DNA of 64,000 bases, taken from the NCBI GenBank assembly GCA_965112735.1, contig OZ218950.1, forward strand, positions 2,976,001 to 3,040,000, in the 5' to 3' direction. The stretch is from Phaeosaccion multiseriatum (lineage: Eukaryota; Protista; Ochrophyta, other classes). How positions within the stretch are numbered: the first letter of the stretch is position 1; each line of letters begins with the position of its first letter. Shown here in pieces: positions 1 to 13,300 of the stretch. The notes below the pieces were generated by a model, which ran no database searches, had not been told where the DNA came from, and worked only from the letters and a program-made list of their open reading frames with translations. Both the position numbers and the translations under genes were made by a program.

Positions 1-913
1 TCGAAGTCCGTCCAAATCGTTGTGGACTACTGGGCGGAGAGTGCCGCTCTCGTGGGCAAGGGCAGGGGCGGAACCCTGATGGACGTGGTGCTAGAGGAGA
101 GTAGAGGACTCCTGTACGCGTCGGACGCCGACGGGAGCATCTTTAAAGCGAGAATGGATGGAGCCGACATGCAGACCCACGCATTGGCGCCTCGTAAGCT
201 GCTGGAGCGCCTCGTCAAGCTGCCTCGCAATCGGAGGCCGGACGGACTGGCCATCCTGCCCAGAGCAGCCGTCACTGCGGGAGTGAAGGACGACCCTACC
301 GAGGTGAGGCAGGGGTTGGCAGGCGGGCGGGTAGGGCAGGCAGACGGGTAGACCAAGCGGGTAGGCGAGGGAGGCAGGCAGACGGCGGGTCTTGTCATTC
401 GCGCGCGCTGTGGTGAACGGCCTCGCTCTTTTTCTCTGACTCCCTCTCTCTCTCTCTCTCTCTCTTGCTGCCCCCCTTGCTGCGGCCATCGACCGTGTAC
501 CATGCGATCCTGCTCAGATGCGCTTGTTCTGGACGGAGGCGGGCGTTGAGCACTCCCTCAAGGCGTCGACCCTCTCCGGCACCAGCGTGCGCACTGTCCT
601 CAGCACCGCCTCCACCTCGACCACCAACAATGCCCAGGTGGAGACGCCCCTGTGGCCGAGAGGAGCCACCTTGTCCCTGTCCAGCAGCAACGACGGAGAC
701 GATGTGACCCTGTATTGGGTGGAGTACATGGGGAAAGTGAGCAAGCTGAATGTGGGGCAGGCGGCGGCTCTGTCGGAGAGCAGGCGGGGCGAGGCGGTGG
801 AGGTGTTGGTGGAGGAGAGCGACGCGGCGGGGCGCATCTTGCGGGGCCGCATTGCCAAGGAGCGGAGAGGGGGGCACCAGGAGGCCTACTACGTGCTCGC
901 TCAAACGTCTTGA
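1..913 (+). CDS. 3' part of LDL-receptor class B (YWTD-like) beta-propeller protein; exons <1-303, 518-913
   Basis: Repeated LYASD..IFKARMDG, RPDGLAI, RLFWTE..LKASTLSG, LYWVE motifs; phase-0 GT(304)..AG(517) intron joins ORFs 22..351 and 518..913. Confidence 0.6.
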
Positions 914-1904
914 AGGCAGTGATCCAGTCATAAAGAGGTGAACACGAAATAAGAAAAATAGTTGATTAGACCCCTAATCCATGGCTGGCCCGCCCTTTGA
1001 CCATTCGGCCGTCAATAATCAATAATAAGCCCATTGTAGATTGTAGTCGACAATTCGACCAAAAAAAAAAAATGGGTAGTATGTAGGACGAAGGGCCCAA
1101 GAAAAGAATCAATACAGCCTGGAAAAATAAATATAATCATCAAATTGATTTATTAAATTAATCAATGGTCAGAGAACAGCGACAAGTCAAAGCGGCACAT
1201 GAATGGTCGTGGTACACAGCCTCCTGCAGGTCCGAGACGGCTCTTGTCTCACTGCACAGTCGATGTGACGCGGCCTGGCTGTGCTCCGATTAGATGGCCT
1301 CCTGCGTGGCGTCATCATCGCTGCTGTCGACGGACAGAGGAGTCTTGGACGAATGGGCTGTGGGCTTCTCATCTTCGTCGTGCTGCTCCTCATCGTCATC
1401 CTCGTTCTTCTCCTCCCGGTCTCTGCAAATGGAGGCCGAGACGGCTCTCGTCTCACTTGCACTGCAGGTCCGATGTCCCCCGACGCGGCCTGCCGATGTT
1501 CAGCTCATATGGCCTTTTACGTGGTGTCATCATCGCTCTGCCCACCAAAGCTGATGAGCTCCTCGAACGCCGTAAGAGCCGGGGTAACTGCTGTCGCTCT
1601 CGCTGTCAGAAGACGGGGCGCTTATCGCTGCGTCGAGCTTTCAGCGCGAGGCTGGGCCATACACAGAAAGGCGGCGAGGGAGAGAGAGAGCAAGAGAGAG
1701 AAAAAACAAACAAACAGCACAACACTCAGCTCTTCGGTCCTTCTCCCATGGTTTTCTCCCCCTCTCTTCTCGTCGCTAGTCTCACTGTCTCTCTCTCTCT
1801 CTCCTCTCGCCACCTGTTCTGTGTCTCACCTCGCAGCCGCTGCCAACAGCTCCTTCCCCTTCTGACGACAAGGGCGAGGAGGGGCATACGGGTAGGCTCA
1901 TGTG

Positions 1905-2211
1905 CAGCGCCCTGCACTTGCCGATCGAAGTCGTCCACAAGATCAACAGAGTGGTCCCCCCCTCCATCGAGGGGGGGAGAGTTGATGAGTACGAAGTAGC
2001 TAGCAGAGGTGGGCATTGCTTGGGTGCCGACTGCCTCCTTAACATCTGCACATAATCCCATCATGGGTCTTCCCTCTCCTGGCACTGTCGGGATAATGCG
2101 CAGATGGTAAGTAGGCAGGCGGCACCCAAGCAATGCCCACCTCTGCTAGCTACCTGCGATCGAGGGGGGGGGTTATTGTGGACTTCTTCGATCGGCAAGC
2201 GTAGGGCGCTG
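1905..2211. ncRNA. Long imperfect hairpin, candidate miRNA/siRNA precursor 1
   Basis: 1996-2059 pairs with 2090-2153 (64 bp, first 34 perfect, 5 mismatches); outer stem ~1905-1940 pairs with ~2176-2211. Confidence 0.5.
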
Positions 2212-2236
2212 AACTTTTCCCTTCTCTCCTTAGGGC

Positions 2237-2364
2237 CTCCCAACTCGACAAAGCAACAAAACGAGCACTCCTACTCAAAGTGGCAAGAAAGCGAGGAGGG
2301 CCAGTATCGCTTTCTTGCCACTTTGAGTAGGAGTGCTCATCTTGTTGCTCTGTCGAGTTGGGAG
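2237..2364 (-). ncRNA. 58-bp hairpin with 12-nt loop, candidate miRNA precursor 2
   Basis: 2237-2294 pairs with 2307-2364; all 3 mismatches are A.C on + and G.U on -. Confidence 0.55.
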
Positions 2365-2485
2365 CGCCATGAATGTGAATAGGAGGAAGGAGGGAAGGAG
2401 AAGAACCCCCCTGGAAAAAGGGGGGGAGTAAAATACGCTCTCCCCTCTCTCGTGATAGAGCCTTACTCATCAGCAGCAATCAACG

Positions 2486-3537
2486 ATGGTGTTTTTCTTT
2501 GAGTCCAGCTGCGCTCATGTGATGTACATGGGCAAGGACAAGTTCGAGAATGAGGATTTGATCCGGTAAGGTCGAGTGTGGAGGCCTGAGTGCTCTGCCA
2601 TCAAGTGGGGGGGGAAGAGCAGGGCAGGTTCCTCAAAGGGATGGGAGGATTTCTGGCAAGAGGTGATAGTTTCGCTGTGTGAATATGAGGCTAACGCAGG
2701 GCCCACTCAGGCAGAGGGGGCTAAGGCAGAAGAGGAAGGGTTGAAACAGAGGTGATGAATTCTCATGAGTGGGCTTCCTTAATTGACCTTGTCTTGACCC
2801 TGCTCTTCCCACAGGTACGGTCTTCCCGAGGACGTGTGGTTTCACGTCGACAATCTGTCCTCTGCGCATGTGTACCTCCGCCTCAAGAAGGGCGAGAAGC
2901 TGAAGGACGTCAACCCGGACACACTGGTCGAGTGCGGGTCTCTCGTCAAGGCCAACAGCATCGAGGGGTGCAAGAAGGGGCACGTGGACGTTGTCTACAC
3001 CAAGTGAGTAAAATGAGCGCCCCAGGCAGGTAAACCTTGTCTACTACTGTGCAGCAGACTCTCGGCATCGAATTAACCCTCCTCTTCGCGCAAGACATAC
3101 ATGCTGCCCTACGTGTTTGGAGATCTTACACGAACTCGTATTCTTTCGACCTGTGCCACAGGTGGCAAAACCTGAAGAAGACCAACGGAATGGTGGACGG
3201 CCAAGTGGGGTTCAAGGACGAATCGAGGGTGCAAAAGATTCGCATCGAAAAGAGCAACGCGATTGTCAACGCGCTCAACCGCACCAAGGAGGAGAGGCAC
3301 CCGGACCTCGCCACGCTGCAGCAGGAGAGGGCCATTGAGTACCGCAAGGAGCAGAAGGAGCTGAAGCGGCAGGCAGACAAGGCCGAGAAGGAGCTCAAGG
3401 CCCAGCACGAGGCAGCCAAGAAGGCCCGCTCCTATGACTCGCTGTTTGAGGGGGATGCCAAGGCCCCCACCAACGCGGAGATGGAGAGCAGCGCAGATGC
3501 AAGCGCCTCCGTGGCGTACGAAGACGACTTTATGTGA
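2486..3537 (+). CDS. CCDC25: CCDC25/Jlp2-like NFACT-R (DUF814) protein; exons 2486-2565, 2815-3003, 3162-3537
   Basis: Spliced product [75 protein letters not shown] matches the family signature. Confidence 0.93.
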
Positions 3538-4146
3538 AGGAGAGAAGGGAAGGAAAGGAAAGTGAAGGGAAGGGAAGGAATGAGAGAAAGGGAGGAGCCC
3601 GTGGGCCCCTTGAGAGTCGAAATCCGCCGGTGCTGCTACCCTGGTAGCCAGCAGTGAGAGGGGAGGTCAGCGGCTGGTACCCACAATCAGGTTGGGGGGA
3701 GGGGGGGGGCTGACGGACGGAGGACGGAGGGCGTGGTGCTTTTGAGGGAAGAGCGTACGCCGCAGCAGGAGGAGGACAAGAGAACTGCGATTATGATTTA
3801 CAGGAGCTGCTGCTGCGCCATTTAAGGCGGCAGCTACTCGAGAGGATATTGCTTTGCACACGTGTGGTGTGCTTCGCAGTGCATCGAATGACTGCTCTTT
3901 GTGTGGCAGTGCGGGAACTCTACAGCTACAGTACTACAGCTTACGTACAGGGCTCGCCCGAGCCACAGCACACATGGATGGGGACGACCGACCAAGCGAG
4001 CCGAGCCGAAATGAGGAGCCGAAACCGCGGGGGTTGACACACACACACTCACGCGCACACACACACACACACAAGTACGTGTGGTGCGACTTTGGGGCAG
4101 TGAGTGAGTATGTTTTGCTACGATTGCATGAGTGTGCGGTGTGGCG

Positions 4147-4537
4147 CTACGAGTTCATGACGACGCGGACACCGCCCAGCTCTTCAATCTTGTGCGGGAA
4201 GGACGCGTCGATGGAGCCCATGAAGATGAGGTTCTTGGGCACATTGAGCTCCGTGGACAACCACTCGATCAGGGCAGGGCTAAGGGTCCTCTCATCCGAC
4301 TTGACCGTCAGCAGGCTGATGCCGTAGCGGGGATAAATGCCGTTGAACTGTGTTTTTGCCGATTAGCGTGGAGAGAACGAACGAACAAGCGAACAAGGCG
4401 GTCGGGGGCAGGCAATTAAGGACAGGAGCGAAAGAAAGCGGAAGCAGAAGGGGTGAGGCGTGTGGTGACTGAGCTCTCCTCTTCCATGACGTGACTGGCT
4501 ATGGAGGGCTTTGGGCTTCCTTCCTTCACAGGGGAAA

Positions 4538-4595
<58 letters not shown>

Positions 4596-5275
4596 GCTCC
4601 GCACGGTGCCCCTTCCCCCTTGTGTGACGGGCGTTGCATTGCAGGATCATCTCTACTTTCTGTAACGGACCAACGGCCTGCTCTGTACACATTCTATCCA
4701 TAGCTGAAGGGGCAGAAAAGCAGAGAAGGGAGCATGTACATAGAAGATGGATCACCCGTCCGTGGCGATTCATCCTGTCCTGCCTGTCCTGCCCACGCTG
4801 ATAATATATTTCCCAAAAGGAACACAAAAGCTCCTCTCTCAAGCAAACACGCTCTTCTCTCTCTCTTCATCACCACTACCAAGCTCCTTTTCTCTCTTCT
4901 CATCCTCCCCCCTTACCTTATCGCAGAGGTCGGACATTCCCTTGACCGTGGCGGCCTCCACGTCCCTGGAGGAGAGCATAAAGTGCGCCAGGATGATTTG
5001 CTTGGTCTGCTCATTCTCTCTGATGTACAGAATGGCCTTGTTCGTCTGATATGCATCGGCGTGCTTGACTAAAAATACGACAGGGCAGTCCAGTGCCTGA
5101 AGGGCGCGGGAGGGGGGGGGGGGGGGGCAACGTATCAGCGTCCGTTTTAATTAAAAGTAAAATAATAGTAGTCACGGAATGGGCAGCTTGCTGGGTCCGC
5201 GCACGAACACACATACACACATCAACACAGACATGAGACACGCGCGCAAACACATGTACACACCCACATACACCC

Positions 5276-5311
<36 letters not shown>

Positions 5312-8300
5312 ATACACACACACACATACCCACACACCCACACCCACATCCACACCCACAGACATGAACACATACCTGTCGTACTTTCTCGCGCATTCCG
5401 TCCAGAAAGGCCCTCCCCTCGAACCTCTTCTCGAGCGCTCTCAAGAGGTTCACTCTCATGAACATGACGAACAGGATGGTGGCCACCGCAAACAAGTACA
5501 GCAGGAAGTATGAGAAGCTCACAGGCTTGCCAACCACATTGGCCACCACCGCTGCCACGCACACACAGATGGCGAGCACAACCGTGCCGATGTGGACGGG
5601 ATGCGGCCTCGGAAGGTTGGGCCGTTTGGCCTTGAGGAGCAGGCAGCCGAATGCAAGAGTCACCAGCACGCCCAGAGACGCAAAGGTGAAGACGTCCGAC
5701 ATTAGAGACAAGTCTCGGTAGAAGAGATACACCTTCATTGAATAGAGAGGGGCGAGGGGGGGAGGGAGGGAGGGAGGGAGGTGGATCACAAGAGCAGTGA
5801 GTACGTCTGTGCGAGTACTCACAAAAGAGGGAAATAGCGCATGCGGTACGGTTAAGAAGGACACAAAGACACCGCCATGATGGCCTTGCCCCACCCACCC
5901 ACCTGTGAAGAGCACAGGAGGAAGAAGAGTACGATGATGACCCACTCGGTGCCCAAGTTACTTTGCAGGAGCAGAACTTGCGGCAGGCATCGATCCTTGG
6001 CCATGCTGCGCAGCAGGCCAGTGGTGCCCACAAAGGCTGATAAGATGGCACCCGACAGCACCACGAAGGCGTCCAGGCAAATCACCAGACGGAAGATGGC
6101 TGCGGTGGTAGTGGGAAGGACAAGGGCGGGGGGTGGGGGGGGGGGGTAAAGAGGCCGCAAAAGTGGTGGGGGGGTGTAGTGCGCTGGGCGGGGCTTTAGG
6201 CTCTATGCATATTCGAGAGGGTGGTTGTATACATGTAAAGAGCGGGTGGGGGTCGAACTGAAGTGGGTATAGTTGGGTACAGTTGGGTCATCCTTCTGTG
6301 GGTATAATGGAGGCGCACAGAGGCGCACGCACGCACGCACGCACGTCTACATTGCACGCTGCTCTATGTGATACACCAGTGGCTTGCTCTCTGCCGTTAC
6401 ACACATACATCCCACACTGAATTCACGCACTTACATCCCAGACTGAACTCATCGCCCGTCCCTGGGAAGTACTTGTGCTGAAAGTTATGCCCGATGGTTG
6501 TCGCCTGGAGGGGAGCGGGGTGGGGTGCGGCGGGGCGGAGAGTGATGGGGTGGGGCGTAAGGTTCATATACCAAACCGACCAACCAAACCACATGGGATC
6601 TCGACGGCAGGCCCTCCTACCCTGCTTCCCCTCCCCTCTCCCCCCCTCCTTCCCTCCCTCCCTCCTCCCCCGTCCCCCCTCCTTGCCCACATACCATGGC
6701 TGATAGCACCGTGGCTTGATTGACCACGATGTCATCCATCGGCAGGACCGCGAAGGCCAGCATGCATATGGAGACGTTGAAGACAGAGAAGGAGGCCCAG
6801 CAGTTCTGAAGCGTCTTTACAAACACACCCTCGGCCTGTGTGGACATACGGGGGGGCAGAAGCATGTGTAGAAGGAGCAGGAGGAGTAGGAGCAGGGGCA
6901 GTAGGAGCAGCAACAACAGCATGGAGGAACCAAAGACCTCAGACCACAGGCGGGGGTTTGGAGAGGGAAGAAAGAAGGAAAACAGCCGGCGTTTCTCTAC
7001 AACCTATCCACCCCCCCCAACCTGTGGCAGGGTAACGCTAAATCAGGCTCCTCTCGGAGTCCCACCAGAGACGACACCCCCCACAGGCGGATCAAGCGGC
7101 CACCACACACCATCCCCGAGGCTCCCTCCTCCCCTCCTGCCCTCCTGCCCCTCTCACCTGCTGTTGCACGAACTGGGCGCTGCTCTCGTAGCCCAGGACC
7201 TGTGTGTGTGTGTGTGTGTGCGCGCGCGTGCGTATGTGTGTGAGTGTGCGGTTCAGAGAATTGCAAATGTACTCACAAGAGTAGAGCGGGCAGACAGATT
7301 CACAGATTCGGAATAGTAGAGCCGGCCCTTCCCTTCCATCCTCCCTTCCGCTACCAGTCATTCACTCACTCTCTGCCTCCCTCCCTCACTCCCTCACTCA
7401 GTCACTCACTTACTCACTCACTCACCGCTGTGGAGACGCCATAGAAGAGGGCAATGAGAATGGAGCCTCTTGAGTCCAGCACAAGCTTGCCGTAGTCCTT
7501 GTGGTGCGGACCGCGGAGGTTGAGGTCCAGAGTGAGGTTATTCCTGATGCTGTTTTCAATAGAGGGAGGAAGGGAGGGAGGGAGGGAGGGAGGGAGGAGA
7601 GAGGAAAGACGGCGGGGGCTCCCATCATTAACCGTAACGATCAATTGGCGGAGCGTTGGCGAGCGAGGGAGTGGTGGTTTCGGGTGGAGCTAACAAACAC
7701 ACTCTTACTTAATACTACACCTTGCTCCTTGACCTACACGCTCTTACTTCGACTTAAAAGATATTATACAGCGACCCCAATTCCACTTCCACAGTGACCC
7801 CAATTCCACTCACACGTGAGGGTTTTCGTATGTGAACCACGCCGCGCTGAGGATGAGGAGGCACAGCGTAATGATGTGCCCCACGAAGATGCAGACGGCC
7901 ACGCGACTGTTGACCGACAGAGAGAGAGACAGGCAGAGGGATAGGAGGGTGGGGTTGAGAAGGAGTCTGTACGTAGAGGAAGGGGGTCGGATGGATGTAT
8001 GGAAGGACGGATGGGTGGACGGGTGGGTGGGTGCGTGCGTGGATGCATGGATGGACGGATGGATGTGCAGGAAAGACACAAGGGCCGCAGAGAAAGCTGC
8101 AAATGACACTTGGGGGCTTGTGTGGGGGGGAGTGGGGCGGTGGGTGAAAGGAGCAGGAGAATATCCTTGCTCTTCACCCTTACCTACTGGCAGTAATACC
8201 GAGCAAAGAGAGACACCCCACGAGAAAGAGCAGGGCGATGGCGTGTGAAACGGGTTCAACGAAGTCGAAGCTCTGCTCCAGGTAGAGCATGGCAGCAATG

Positions 8301-9111
8301 GCAGACACCATGCCTGTGGTGATGAAGGACATTAGGGTTATGGACGCCGCTACAGCTGCTTTGCTCTTGCTGCTTTGTCAAGTGGTTGGAGGAGGAGGAG
8401 GAGGAGGGAGGAGGGAGGAGTAGGAGTAGGAGGAGGAGGAGGAGGAGGAGGAGGAGGAGGAGGAGGAGGAGGAGGAGGAGGAGAAAGAGGAGAAGAGGAG
8501 GAGGACGAAGAGGAGGAGGAAGTGGCAGCGCAGGATAGTTAAGAAGAGAAGGTGTGAGAGACTTCCGAGAAACAAAGAGAAGCAGAGGGAGAAAGGCGTT
8601 GAGACGAGATGAGCGGATGTAGCTGTTCAGATTGCCTCCAGCCAAGACACAAGAAATCCCAAGGCAAAGCAACATAGTTGAGCACAAAAAAAATGTTGTG
8701 AATAGGCCTTCTTTGCCGTGCGACGATGCCACGGGAGGCTAACGGGTTGGTGAGAGAGGCACAGAGCGGAAGCTACGCCATTGGGCCCTTAAACAAGGAC
8801 ACCGGTACTCTACTGACCTGGTGGCATTGAGCAGGAGGCTGTAGCTCCCGCCGTTCATGGGAAGCGCCGTAATGCTCTCTGCGTAGATGCCTCTGAACTG
8901 TTGGCAGGTAGGTAGGTAGGTAGGTAGGTAGGTAGGTAGGTAGGTAGATAGGTAGGTAGGTAGGTTGGTCAGATAGTTGGGCACACACACACAAACACAC
9001 AAACACACACACACACACACAAACACAAACACACACACACAAAGGGCGATGGGGGGGTGCAGAACAGCCGCGCAAGCATCGCTTTGGGATCGGCAGTGCA
9101 GCAGCAGCAGG

Positions 9112-9145
<34 letters not shown>

Positions 9146-10007
9146 AAAGGCGACACGCCAAAGCAAAGCGAGAGGATCAAGTCCCCACTGCCCGGTCCGC
9201 CTGCTCACAGCCCCTCACCATGTAGAGGACGAGAGAGACGCACACCATGCACAGCGGGGCCAAGGGGCCGGCGCTGGACGTGACCATCCCTGTCGCGTAC
9301 AACACGGAGGACAGCATATCATTCCCACTAATGGCGGTGGCCGGCCATTCGCCCAACAGCGGCTCTTTGGTGGTGCCATCGTTGACGCGCCGCCTCGAGG
9401 CCTCGATGATCTCAGACGAAACGTCAGCACTGCCGTCGGACGGGGAACAAGGCGTGGGTAGCGACACGTCAGCAAGCAAAGATTCGTGAGCAAAGGCGAG
9501 CGAGCGAGGGAAGAAGATGCACCCACCACATCAAACCCTTCAATCTCTCCTCCTCTTCCCCTTCGGCAACCAGGTCAGGTTAGAGTTGGAACAAGTAGCC
9601 CTTCCCTCCCGCAATGGTGCAAAGAAGGCATCCAAACTAAAACAAAAACGACAAAGCTGGACGAGGGTAAGCAGGAGCAAGAAGGACACACTCAACTGTA
9701 CATGCGATCCCCAAGCGTGTTGCTCCCAGTCCTGCAGCCGAAACTTGTTCGCATTTGTAACACGCTTGGCATGATACTGACTCGTCGTGGCGTCGTAGCT
9801 GGGGAAACGCGTCCTTCCACCTGTGCCCAGCGTCTCCATGGCAAAGGTGGTTCCATTGGCATCTCTCACACCAAGGGAATTAGACTCCCTGCCGGTTGTC
9901 CTCCCCCTTTCATTAGTGCCATTGGCAGAAGCAGTGCGCGGGAGGAGAGCCTTGGCCTCGAGCAAATTCGCCCTCGACTTCTGTTTCTTCCCCGCGGCTA
10001 GCGGCAT
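4147..10007 (-). CDS. APC-superfamily amino acid permease, multi-exon (start inferred)
   Basis: Exons encode LGEWPATAISGNDMLSSVLY, FRGIYAESITALPMNGGSYSLLLN, LDAFVVLSGAILSAFVGTTGLLRSMAKDRCLP and many TM segments; C-terminus KNLIFMG..ELGGVRVVMNS* ends at 4147. Confidence 0.85.
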
Positions 10008-10335
10008 GGTGGGACGCTCACGTGTTGGGCAGTTTGTGATGCTATCATGTCGATCAACCCATCGACCCGGTCCCCTCTAAGTTCAAACAGTTCAAACGGG
10101 AGACTTCTGGCAGCTTAAATGCGAAGTCGTCTCTCCAAAGTGGATCGGGTCTCAATCAATAATCCAAGCCCTCCCCCCCCCTTATCTTTTAATCTCTTTC
10201 GTTCCTTTGTTCTTACCCTCGTGCTTCTAAACCGGTTCGGTTCGGGGTGGATTCCAGGTTTCTGCACTTGGGCCTCTTCCCCCCCCAACTATGAAATCTG
10301 TGCATTAGATGATTAGACATTAAACGAGAGAAAAA

Positions 10336-13300
10336 ATGGGGAAGAGGAGGCGATACACGTGCGCTGATACCCGTCGATTCAGTGGTGGTGGATGTGCGAC
10401 TGCTGCAACCGTGGCAGTGTGCGGCTGCGCGGCGGTTCTGCAGAATGGGGTGGGTGTTTCAGGCTTGCATGTGGGCGCCCCTCAGCCCCTCGGTGCAGCT
10501 GCTGAGCGGCACGGTTTGAGACGTGGAGGAGGGGGAGGAGGAGGGGTAGGGGGAAGAGAAGGAGGAGAAGAAAGGAGCGGAGCCAGGGAGGATGTTAGGC
10601 CCCGGGCCTTACGATCGGTACCGTCGAATGGGGCATCAGAAAGAGATGGAGCGAGGCGGACGGGGGAAGTCATGGACTGGGTCGGTGGGGCGAGGCCCCA
10701 GCAGAGGAGTATTAATAGCAGCAGCAGTAGTAGTAGTCGGAGCAGTAGTAGTGGTAGCAACCCAGGGGATGCTACAGCGGCAGGAAGCAGCGTGCCTGCG
10801 GTTGGGCGACAGGCGCGTCGGCAGCAGCAGCCCCAGCAGGGGTCGGCTTTGTTGAGGACCAGCGCACCGGAAACTGGGCCGCGGAGGTCAATAGAGACAA
10901 AAACATCACCCCACACCCCCCCCTATAGAGCCGCTGCACGTGGTGGTGCCCGTTACAGCCATGGGAACAACCAGCCCAAAGCCAGAGGAGGGAAAGGAGA
11001 GAAGCACTGGCCCACTTCCCGACAGCCCATCTTTCAGACTCTTACAAACAAGCAGTTTACGTGTATTCGCAGGATCCAGAAGCTGGGTCGAATAGGCCTG
11101 CCGAAGGCGGCGGTGAAGGTGTTCAAGAAGGCCCTCAAGAATGCGCCACACCAGTTCGGAGAGCCGCTTTGCATGGAGTTCTACCGAGCGGGGCTCAACG
11201 CTCTCGGCAAGGCTGGCGAGGTCAGGCAAGCCCTCGAGCTGCTCAGGGAGATGGAGGCCAAGGGCGATGAAGCGCTCATGCCGGACGCTTCTTGCTTCAA
11301 CTGCTGCCTTCAGGTAAGAGCGGGTGGGCTCTCTATCCTTCTTGTTGGAGTGCACATCAGACCACCAACATCTGCCTTCCTGACTCTGCGTTTTGTTCGG
11401 TAGTGCCCAGTCTGTACATCTCATGTTAACGCTCTGTCGCCCCCCCCCCTCCCCCAGGCCGCAGCACGGGGCAAGAAGCCTCAGGTGGCCATGAAGCTCA
11501 TGGAGGAGATGCGGCAGAGAGGGGGCAAGTTCGCGCCAGATGACGTCAGCTACACATTCGCTGTACAGGTAGGTCAGGCAAAACGGGCAGACAGATAGAC
11601 AGACCGACCGACCGACAGGCCAGTAGGCTAGTATTGTGTAATGAGAAGAGGCCTTTCAGCCGGGGCTGGGGCAAGCAACTACCGAGTGGATGGGCGTTTG
11701 GCTTGGCAGCTGCCCAAGCAGGCGATACACCCCAGGTCCTCTTCCAACTTGCTAGTGCTGCTTCTTTTCCCCCCATATGTCTTCCTTGGTGCAGGCGTGC
11801 TCGAGGGTAGGGCAGGTGAAGAATGCGATGGCTCTGCTCGAAACCATGAAGATGGACGACATTAGGCCAAGTACGCGCATATACACGTACGCCATTCAGG
11901 CAGCGGCCAAGGTGTGTATGTATATTATGCCAGGAGGAGGGTGGTGGGCCTCTGGTGGTGTGTAGCACCGTCTCGTTCCGGCACACACACCACAGCCGAC
12001 CCTTCCCCCTCTTCTCTTGCTTACCCCTCCTCCCCCCCCTACACCCCTTGTGAACTCAATGTTACCATAGGCGGGAGCTCCTAATATGGCTCGTACCCTG
12101 TACGGCGAGATGCGGCTGAGGGGCCTCCAACCGGACTCCTTCACCTTCTCGGCTCTGATGGAGGTGAGTGAGGGTAGCGGGTGGGGGTAGGGGAGGGGAT
12201 GAGGAGAGAGGGGAGAGGAAGGGAGATTTGTCGGACCCCTTTCCCTTTGTCTACCAACGATGATGACGCGATTGAAGTTTGAGCTGCTCGCGTGCATGCT
12301 TCGTCCTCCCGGCCGTCAACAAACCCCACTCTCCTCCTCCTCCTCCTCCTCCGCCTCCTCCACCTCCTCCTCCTCCTTCGCCGTACTTCGATCGGACCCT
12401 CCTGCGTGATGATCGCAGTCGTGTGGAAAGGCAGGATTATGGGACAGAGCGCAGTCCACCCTCACAGACATGCGCTTGATGGGCATTGCCCCATGCGCTG
12501 CGTGCATGAACGGCCTCATCCTCGCGTATTCCAACGCGGGACTGAATAAGGAGGCGGAGAAGGTGCTCGATAGCATGCTTCTGCGCCACAGGGAAGACAG
12601 ACATTCGGAGAAGGGGGGGGTGGTGGTGGTGCAGCAGCAGCAGCAGCAGGAGGAGGAGGAGGAGCAGGGGGGGGAGAAGCAGGAGCAGCGGAAGGAGGAG
12701 AAGCAGCAGGAGCCCCTCCTGCCTGTGGCGGATAGCTACACCTTCGGGAGCGTCCTTGATGCCCATGCCAAGGCCGGAGACGCGGTTTCAGCGCTGCGAG
12801 TCTTGTCCAAGATGCCGATAGAGGGGGTGCCCATCACATCGCACTGCTACACCTCTGCCATTTGCGCGTGCGGTAAGGCGGGGAGGTGGAAAGATGCTCT
12901 GCGACTGTTGGAGCACGACATGTATTATCAAAAGGCGGCACCAGAGGCGCGCTGGAAGCACACGGGCTGGGTGCAGAAACGCCAAGCAATGTGGTTGTTC
13001 GAGGTGGCAGGCGTGCCGGGCAAGAAGCAGAACACCAGAGACAGGAAGGAGCGCCGCCCTGAGGAGAAGCACCAGCAGAAGCGCTGGGGCCGAGGTGGGG
13101 GGCTTGATGCGAGCCCCTTCCATGCTGCCATGAGTGCTTGTGCCCAGGCGGGGCAGTGGGAGGAGGCGGAGAGGCTCCTACCACGCATGCGAGCGCACGG
13201 GCTGACTCCGGGCAAGCTGGCGTACAACTCGGTGCTGCATGCCATGGCGAGGGCGAGTCAGTCCAAGCCGGCGCTGGCCTTGCTGTGGGACATGGAGGAT

